From the NCBI GenBank assembly GCA_964396445.1, contig CAYNFI010000005.1, positions 2,351 to 66,350 of the forward strand: a DNA stretch of 64,000 bases. The letters run 5' to 3'. How positions within the stretch are numbered: position 1 is the first letter of the stretch; every line of letters begins with the position of its first letter. The DNA comes from an uncultured Candidatus Bathyarchaeia archaeon (GTDB lineage: Archaea; Thermoproteota; CALKCG01; B24; JAWCPE01). The position numbers and the translations under genes are program-made. Below the pieces are notes generated by a model. It ran no database searches. It was not told where the DNA came from and saw only the letters and a list, made by a program, of their open reading frames with translations. Shown here piece by piece: positions 58,137-64,000 of the stretch.

Positions 58137-58790
58137 ATGTTGAACAAGGAAGCCTTACTTAAAGTGCTTATGGAAGCCGTTTTGAATTTGGATGAGGAGG
58201 GAGCTAAGGAAGCGGCGAGGAAGACGGTTGAAGCCGGTGTGAACCCTCTCCACGCCTTGGAAGATGGTTTGGCGAAGGGCATCCGCGTCATAGGCGACCA
58301 GTTTGAGAGGGGCGAAACTTTCCTACCTCACCTGATAAAAGCGGCTAAGGTTATGAAGGAAGCAACCGCGATTCTAGAGCCAGAACTGCGGAAGAGAGGG
58401 TTGGAGGTTAAGAAGAAAGGCGTCGTCGTCATAGGCACGATCGAAGGAGACCTTCATGACATAGGGAAAAACATCGTTGCCTTAATGCTTGAAGCATCGG
58501 GCTTTAAAGTCCACGACCTCGGTAAAGATGTGGCGATCGATGTGTTCATCGAGAAGGCTGATGAAGTGAAAGCCGACATCATCGCCGTCTCAGCCCTTAT
58601 GACAACAACGATGCTTAACCAAGCACGTCTAATCAAAAGACTGCAGGAATTGAAGGAACGTAACAAGTTTAAGGTTATGGTAGGTGGAGCCTCAGTCACC
58701 GAGGATTGGGCTAAGAAGATCCAAGCTGACGCCTACGGGGAGGACGCTGTAGAAGCCGTTAAAAAGGCTCAGGTACTCCTTGAACGGTAA
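58137..58790 (+). CDS. cobalamin-binding corrinoid protein (MtbC/MttC/MtaC-like)
   Basis: N-terminal four-helix cap, then the B12 motif GTIEGDLHDIGKNIV (D-x-H-x-x-G), SALMTTT and MVGGA. Starts 5 nt after the mttB-like stop. Confidence 0.9.
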   Translation: MLNKEALLKVLMEAVLNLDEEGAKEAARKTVEAGVNPLHALEDGLAKGIRVIGDQFERGETFLPHLIKAAKVMKEATAILEPELRKRGLEVKKKGVVVIGTIEGDLHDIGKNIVALMLEASGFKVHDLGKDVAIDVFIEKADEVKADIIAVSALMTTTMLNQARLIKRLQELKERNKFKVMVGGASVTEDWAKKIQADAYGEDAVEAVKKAQVLLER

Positions 58791-58850
58791 GCTCAGCTTT
58801 AAATTACCTAAACTAGAGTGTAGAGCTTAAGCCTCGAAGTCGATGCCCGA

Positions 58851-59900
58851 TTAAAGGCTTACATGCCTTCCTATCTTGGAGCTCTCACGTGCCGCCTCAA
58901 GGACCTCAACGACCCTCCGGCCCACCCTAAGGTCTACCATGTATCTTTCCTCACCGCGTATCGCCTTCAAGAAGTGCTCCATCTCCTTAACGTACATTCC
59001 CTCAGCTATCGGTATGCTGTACCGGATACCCTTAACCTCGTAAGGGATCTCATCAGGCTCAGGAATCACCTCCCATTCTCCTTTCTCAACCGTGAAAAGC
59101 CTAACCTTCTTCTCCTCACTGTTCCATATGGCGGTGCCCTTCTCACCGACAAGTTTGAGGTAGCGACCAGTCCAAGCCCTCTGGATGACGTCGAAGTGCA
59201 GGTTCGTCAGCATCTTGTTCCTAAACTCGAGGATGATGTTCTGGGCATCTTCGACGTCTATCTCTAAACGCGTGAGCTTCCTCGCTACACACGCAATGGT
59301 TTCAACATCTCCGAATAACCATAGTAACCACACTAACTCCATGGGGAAGACGTCCCATCCTCCGCCAAGTTGCTCGCTATGCGCCACATAGTACGTTCTG
59401 TAGTCCTCATAAGGATGCCACTCTGGTAAGTAGTGTCCGAACTCGTAGATGAGGCAGAGGGCTTCAGCGAGCCTTCCCCCTCTCACAATGTCTCTAATCA
59501 ACCTTATGCCTGGGTTAAAACACATGTTACAGCTTGGAGCGGCAACCCTTCCACCCCTCTCACTGAGCCGGATGAGTTCATCTAAACCCTTTAGGCTCGT
59601 GGATAGCGGAGCCTCGCAGAAGAAGTGCTTATCATTCTCCGCAGCCTTCAAAGCATACTCCAAGTGGTTTTTCGGCGGCGTTGAGATTATGTATACATCA
59701 GGTTCCCGAGCTAAGGCATCCTTAAAGTTGTTAATTGCCCTCACTCCGTACCGTTCATAGGCTTCTAAGCACCTATCTTCCCGAAGATCATAGCCGAACA
59801 CATCCTTCTCACCCAGGTATAGTAGGTTCCTGATCCTCCTCTTCCCCATGGAACCTAAACCTATGACGAGAAACCTCACAGCGAGTTTCCCACCTCTCAC
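58851..59900 (-). CDS. Gfo/Idh/MocA family oxidoreductase
   Basis: Rossmann N-terminus FLVIGLGSMGKRRIRN and CEAPL (EKP-like) motif, in a 349-aa ORF. Confidence 0.75.
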   Translation of the reverse strand: MRGGKLAVRFLVIGLGSMGKRRIRNLLYLGEKDVFGYDLREDRCLEAYERYGVRAINNFKDALAREPDVYIISTPPKNHLEYALKAAENDKHFFCEAPLSTSLKGLDELIRLSERGGRVAAPSCNMCFNPGIRLIRDIVRGGRLAEALCLIYEFGHYLPEWHPYEDYRTYYVAHSEQLGGGWDVFPMELVWLLWLFGDVETIACVARKLTRLEIDVEDAQNIILEFRNKMLTNLHFDVIQRAWTGRYLKLVGEKGTAIWNSEEKKVRLFTVEKGEWEVIPEPDEIPYEVKGIRYSIPIAEGMYVKEMEHFLKAIRGEERYMVDLRVGRRVVEVLEAARESSKIGRHVSL

Positions 59901-60033
59901 TAGAAGTTACCAGTAGAGCCAAAAATAAAATTTTGGATGGTAATACGCGTATCTAACATATCCATTTAAACCGAGCTTAAATCAGAAAGTAGTTGCTCCA
60001 CTCGATCGAAATGGAAATATTGGTTCAGTGTTA

Positions 60034-61107
60034 TCAGGTTTGCCTCTTTTCCTTGAAGTATGGAATTATCCTCTTCCCGTATAGGTTTATGGTTCTCTTA
60101 ATGTCTGGGCCGTAGTTGCGTATATCGATGCTTGTGGCTCCAGCGTTAAGGTACTCCTCAACCCTCTCAATGCAGTCGTCCACCGTCCCGAAGGCAGCCG
60201 TCGTCTCAACAAACTCCGCTGGAACTATCTTCAAGGCTTCGTTCAACTTAGTGATGGCTGTATAGGACGGGAGTATCTTCTGAATTGCTAGGTCAGGTGA
60301 TAAGCCATCCGCGCAGCCATACTCCTTTAGTGTTCTCCAGCCGCATGTAAGCCAGCTAAGCCTTGTTCCCCATTCAACAGCCCTGTAGGCTTCCTCCCTG
60401 TTCTCAGAGATCGCCGTTGGCACAATAGCGACCATATCGATCTCTTCCAGTTTCCTTCCAGCTTTTCTCGCTCCATTCTCAATGTCTCTTAAGTGTTTAC
60501 TGAAGGTTTCCGGGTTCTCACATGCAGGATACCATCCGTCACCCAGTTCACCTGTAAGTATTCGTGTCTTCAGGCTTAGAGCCCCGATGTAGATTGGTGG
60601 ACGAGGCTTCTGCACAGGCTTAACCTGTAGATAGGCAGCTTGAAGCCTGTACACCCTACCGTTGAAGTCAACTGGGCTCTCTGGGCTTGCCTCCCAAAGC
60701 TTCTGAACAACTGTAACAGCCTCACGGAGGTGGACTAGGGGCTTTGTCCACTCTATTCCAAACGAGGCCAGGTTCATCATCTCCCCAGCTCCAAGCCCTA
60801 AAGCCGCCCTCCCACCTGTGAGCCTGTCGATTGTAGCTACATCCTGGGCTAGGGAAACGGGGTGTCTTCGATAAGGGTCTGTGACCCCGATGGAAACCAT
60901 GACGCGCTTCGTTACCATACCTAGGGCCGTAACCATGGCTACGGCTCCAGGGTACTCAATCCCTGCGCCAAGAAGCGTGAGTGTATGGTCTCCAAACCTT
61001 AGAATGTCAAAGCCACTATCCTCGAGAAGCAACGCTGTCTCGATGACCTCGTGTACATCACCGGGTGGAATCCCGTATCCGAGCTGCCTAAACCGCACCA
61101 AGACCAC
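60034..61107 (-). CDS. LLM-class (luciferase-like) F420/flavin-dependent oxidoreductase
   Basis: LGYGIPPG...ALLLEDSGFDILRFGDH, GGRAALGLGAGE and PPIYIGA patterns typical of the LLM/Mer/Fgd family. Confidence 0.75.
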   Translation of the reverse strand: MVLVRFRQLGYGIPPGDVHEVIETALLLEDSGFDILRFGDHTLTLLGAGIEYPGAVAMVTALGMVTKRVMVSIGVTDPYRRHPVSLAQDVATIDRLTGGRAALGLGAGEMMNLASFGIEWTKPLVHLREAVTVVQKLWEASPESPVDFNGRVYRLQAAYLQVKPVQKPRPPIYIGALSLKTRILTGELGDGWYPACENPETFSKHLRDIENGARKAGRKLEEIDMVAIVPTAISENREEAYRAVEWGTRLSWLTCGWRTLKEYGCADGLSPDLAIQKILPSYTAITKLNEALKIVPAEFVETTAAFGTVDDCIERVEEYLNAGATSIDIRNYGPDIKRTINLYGKRIIPYFKEKRQT

Positions 61108-61165
61108 TTCACCTCAAGTTTAGAAGAGTTGAAAAGAGCGCATAAGATTCTGCTGAGTTTGCGGT

Positions 61166-62470
61166 CTATCGCCGAAGCCTAAAGACCTCGGTGAAGAGTC
61201 TTCCCTGCATCATCTCCTTAACCATGTTCTCCTCATCCGCCTTCTTGACGACTTTAAGAGCCTCCTCCCAAGCCGCGAGTGTGGCCTCAACCTCCTCTAC
61301 TCCATGCGCGTAGCTCGGCCTCATATCGTAGCTCCCAGCTAGGACCCCCCGCTTCACAGCTTCTTGGAGGAAAAGCCCCTTGACCACCAACGACTCTTCA
61401 CCGTCTCCGGCTTTGAAGACGGGCTTCACCCTCACAGGGAAGCCTGTACACTCCGCGTCTACACCTATCCCCTGCGCAAGCCTGGTGAAGCCCTTGTAGA
61501 GCCTCTCGCCCATATTCCACATGTGGCCCACTACATCCTTCTCCATGAACTCTTGTATGGTGGCTTCAGCCGCGGCGAGGGAGAGGGTTTCACCTCCGAA
61601 GGTGGATGAGAAGAACACGTCTCCTCCAAGTTCCTTCATGTATTCACTCTTTCCAACGAGGGCGCTTAATGGCAAGCCGTTGGCCATACCCTTACCGAAG
61701 GCGGCTAAATCAGGTTCTACACCGTAGTATTCTTGGGCGCCACCCCCTGCGAATCTGAAGCCCGTAATTATTTCGTCGAAGATGAGTAGGGCTCCATTAT
61801 CATGGGTTAAGCTCTTAACCTTCTGGATGAAGTTGTACCTCGGAGCCTCAAGTTGCACCGGCTCCATAATGACAGCGCAGACTTGTTCCTTATTCTCCTC
61901 GAAGACCTTATCAAGGCTCTCGATATTATTGTATTCGAAAGGTACGGCGAGGCTTTTAAGAACACTTGGTATACCCTTATTCCTCGCCGTGGTAACAGCG
62001 AACCAATCATGCCACCCGTGGTAGCCGCAGTAGGCAAGCTTCTCCCTCCCAGTGGAAGCCCTTGCAACCCTAACCGCGACCTCAGTAACGTCTGAGCCAT
62101 TCTTCCCAAACCTAACCATCTCCGCGCAGGGTATAAGTTTCGTAAGGAGCTCCGCTACCCTCAGCTCCAGAGGGTGGAGGAGGGAAAAGTTCGTCCCATG
62201 TTTAAGCTGCTCAACTATGGCTTCGACAACACGTGGATAACCGTAGCCGAGAACCACGCTGCCTAAACCCATGATGTAGTCGATGTAATCGTTTCCGTCT
62301 ACATCCGTAACATGGCAGCCCCGACTGCTACTTAAATAGATCGGGTAAACACCGAAGATGTACTGGTCCGGACCCTTACTGAGGCACTGGGTTCCAGCGG
62401 GAATCACCTCCTCAGCTCTCATCCAATAACCTAGAGACCGGTCTATGTTTCTCATAGGAGCCAGCGACAT
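61166..62470 (-). CDS. class-III (GSA-aminomutase-like) PLP aminotransferase
   Basis: YIDYIMGLGSVVLGY, FGKNGSDV, LLIFDEIITGFR and the PLP-lysine segment DLAAFGKGMANGLPL. Confidence 0.85.
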   Translation of the reverse strand: MSLAPMRNIDRSLGYWMRAEEVIPAGTQCLSKGPDQYIFGVYPIYLSSSRGCHVTDVDGNDYIDYIMGLGSVVLGYGYPRVVEAIVEQLKHGTNFSLLHPLELRVAELLTKLIPCAEMVRFGKNGSDVTEVAVRVARASTGREKLAYCGYHGWHDWFAVTTARNKGIPSVLKSLAVPFEYNNIESLDKVFEENKEQVCAVIMEPVQLEAPRYNFIQKVKSLTHDNGALLIFDEIITGFRFAGGGAQEYYGVEPDLAAFGKGMANGLPLSALVGKSEYMKELGGDVFFSSTFGGETLSLAAAEATIQEFMEKDVVGHMWNMGERLYKGFTRLAQGIGVDAECTGFPVRVKPVFKAGDGEESLVVKGLFLQEAVKRGVLAGSYDMRPSYAHGVEEVEATLAAWEEALKVVKKADEENMVKEMMQGRLFTEVFRLRR

Positions 62471-62476
62471 AGTCGA

Positions 62477-63493
62477 TTACCTCCCCCTAGCCATTTCACT
62501 GAACCATTCCACGGGGATTATCCTCAGCTTCAGCGAGATGCCTCCGCCGCTTACCCAGTATGTGAGCAACGCCTCCTCGCCGACGAAGGTTATGCTTGTG
62601 TAAGCGTAGGTGTAACGTTCATCTGTCTCCAGGTTCTTAAGGTTCACCCAAGTCTCACCGTCGTCATAGGAAACGGCGGCGGTTAAGGGGACACGCCTTG
62701 GACCAGGCGTATTGTTCCATACGAGGAGTAGGGCATCGGTGGAGGGAATTCTCTTAATGGTCTGAGGTGAACTCGGGGACCTTAAACCCATGGATTCAGG
62801 TTTACTCCATGTCTCACCCTTATCCTCGGAGTAAGCCCTGTAAATGTAACCGGCGTCGGTCCTTATCCACATCATAACCCTTCCATCCTTAAGCTCTATT
62901 ACGCCTGGTTCATCGGCTTCAACGTTTGGGATTCGGACCTCCTCACCCTTAAACCAAGTTCTACCATTATCATCAGAGTAGAAGCATAGGGAAACCCATG
63001 TAGGGTTAATCCATACGTTGGTTCCATATGAGGCTGGTAAAAGTATCCTATGGTTCGACAGCTGCACCGCCCTATCGTTGTTTAGGCAGAAGTAACCCGG
63101 ATAGAACTTGGCTACGGGCACCATATCGGTCCACGTCTCCTCCTCATCGTAGGTCTTCCTCATGTAGGGGTGACAGTCAGCCTCAGAGTTCTTAACGCAG
63201 AAGAAGAAGGCTATTTCACCGGTTTCCAGTCTGAGGAAGTCCGTCTCCATCACGTTCTGGGCGCCCACGTTCTCCTGTATCGTATACGGTTCACTCCACG
63301 TACGACCCTTATCCCCCGAAACCTTCCCAGCAATCCTAGCTGGGGAGAAATCGGTTCCGCTACCATGGTAGAACTCGGTGTAGCCTAAGAGTAGGCGCCC
63401 ATCCTTAAGCTCAATGATGTCAGCCTCACTGTTTCTAGGATTCTTCTCAACCGCCGGGCAGACTATAACCTCAACCATCTCACTTTCAACCAA
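62477..63493 (-). CDS. BNR/Asp-box repeat protein, sialidase-like six-bladed propeller (no signal peptide)
   Basis: Four S-x-D-x-G-x-T-W Asp-boxes: SGDKGRTW, SDDNGRTW, SEDKGETW and SYDDGETW. Confidence 0.8.
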   Translation of the reverse strand: MVESEMVEVIVCPAVEKNPRNSEADIIELKDGRLLLGYTEFYHGSGTDFSPARIAGKVSGDKGRTWSEPYTIQENVGAQNVMETDFLRLETGEIAFFFCVKNSEADCHPYMRKTYDEEETWTDMVPVAKFYPGYFCLNNDRAVQLSNHRILLPASYGTNVWINPTWVSLCFYSDDNGRTWFKGEEVRIPNVEADEPGVIELKDGRVMMWIRTDAGYIYRAYSEDKGETWSKPESMGLRSPSSPQTIKRIPSTDALLLVWNNTPGPRRVPLTAAVSYDDGETWVNLKNLETDERYTYAYTSITFVGEEALLTYWVSGGGISLKLRIIPVEWFSEMARGR

Positions 63494-63628
63494 TCAACTT
63501 CCCTGCTCGTCATTAAAGGCTGAAAGTGGATATAAGAGGATCCGCCTTCAGCGTCAAGATGAGTCAAGGGAGAGCCGGGACGATATGTTTAACCCTGTCC
63601 CTCCAATATTTATTATCTGAGCGATGTG

Positions 63629-64000
63629 ATGAAGGCCGAAACCTTCTTCAAAGAGCTTGCCGAGCTTTGCGAGAAGCTTACCGCCACCAGGAGGAGGAAT
63701 GAGAAAACTGGTCTCGTAAGCGGGTTCTTGAAGGGGCTTCGGCGAGAGGAGGTCTCCGCAGCTGTCCCCCTTATCCTCGGATGGATCTTCCCAGAGGTGG
63801 AGAAGAAAACATTGACCGTCGGTTTCTCAACGCTTTCAAGGGTTACACGCGGTGGTAGACAGACAACGCTGTCCACAAACCCGCTAACGATCCTCCGCGT
63901 CTATGAATACTTCAACGAAATGGCTGAAGTTTCAGGTTCAGGTTCTAGGCAGAGGAAGCTAAGCCTTCTAGAGAGCCTCCTAGGGCAAGCCAGCTCGCTT
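63629..64000 (+). CDS. lig: ATP-dependent DNA ligase, N-terminal DNA-binding domain (3'-partial, runs off window)
   Basis: Not in the ORF track because no stop is reached. My translation from ATG 63629: MKAETFFKELAELCEKLTATRRRNEKTGLVSGFLKGLRREEVSAAVPLILGWIFPEVEKKTLTVG...GSGSRQRKLSLLESLL. This is the typical archaeal Lig N-terminus. Confidence 0.75.
   Translation, partial: MKAETFFKELAELCEKLTATRRRNEKTGLVSGFLKGLRREEVSAAVPLILGWIFPEVEKKTLTVGFSTLSRVTRGGRQTTLSTNPLTILRVYEYFNEMAEVSGSGSRQRKLSLLESLLGQASSL

Noticed and set aside
63613-63876. 87-aa minus-strand ORF at the right edge
   Set aside because: It is antisense to a much better plus-strand reading frame (63629 to the window end) that encodes a typical DNA ligase N-terminus.
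1-64000. CRISPR arrays, rRNA genes, transposases/IS elements, integrases, restriction-modification or toxin-antitoxin pairs
   Set aside because: Reading through the window, I found no regularly spaced direct repeats, no rRNA-like sequence and no ORF with recognisable motifs of these families.

Overview
The window looks like archaeal chromosome, probably from a TACK-type lineage, and the gene content resembles Bathyarchaeia; this is inference only, since no search was run. Support comes from eL13 and eL18 ribosomal proteins, RNA polymerase subunits D and N, RNase P proteins Pop5 and Rpp30, a DGGGP (archaeal lipid) synthase, a tRNA-Leu with an intron at a non-canonical site, F420-type oxidoreductases and a tungsten AOR.

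Coding density is high, with about 60 supportable CDS. The core block at 24.2-31.2 kb reads uS2-enolase-RpoN-uS9-uL13-eL18-RpoD-Pop5-Rpp30-COG1931, followed by eL13. The rest is metabolism and transport. I found no CRISPR array, rRNA, transposase or integrase.

Most notable observations:
1. A corrinoid methyl-transfer module at 52.7-58.8 kb. It holds a non-pyrrolysine MttB-family methyltransferase, a B12-binding protein, a zinc-motif MtaA-like MT2, an MFS transporter and a second URO-D paralogue. It sits within a window-wide set of five URO-D/MtaA-family genes.
2. A radical SAM gene whose CX3CX2C cluster motif is split by a 30-nt in-frame insert. The insert carries a TAG stop, a hairpin and a new ATG.
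3. A MacB-type ABC ATPase and permease pair bracketing a 1202-aa, roughly 9-10-domain, sequon-rich surface protein.
4. A GNAT-M50 protease fusion.
5. An A+T-richer two-gene cassette of unknown function at 51.2-52.5 kb.
6. A four-gene sugar or amino-sugar-like cluster at 58.9-63.5 kb.

All functional calls rest on motif recognition by eye. No database search was performed.
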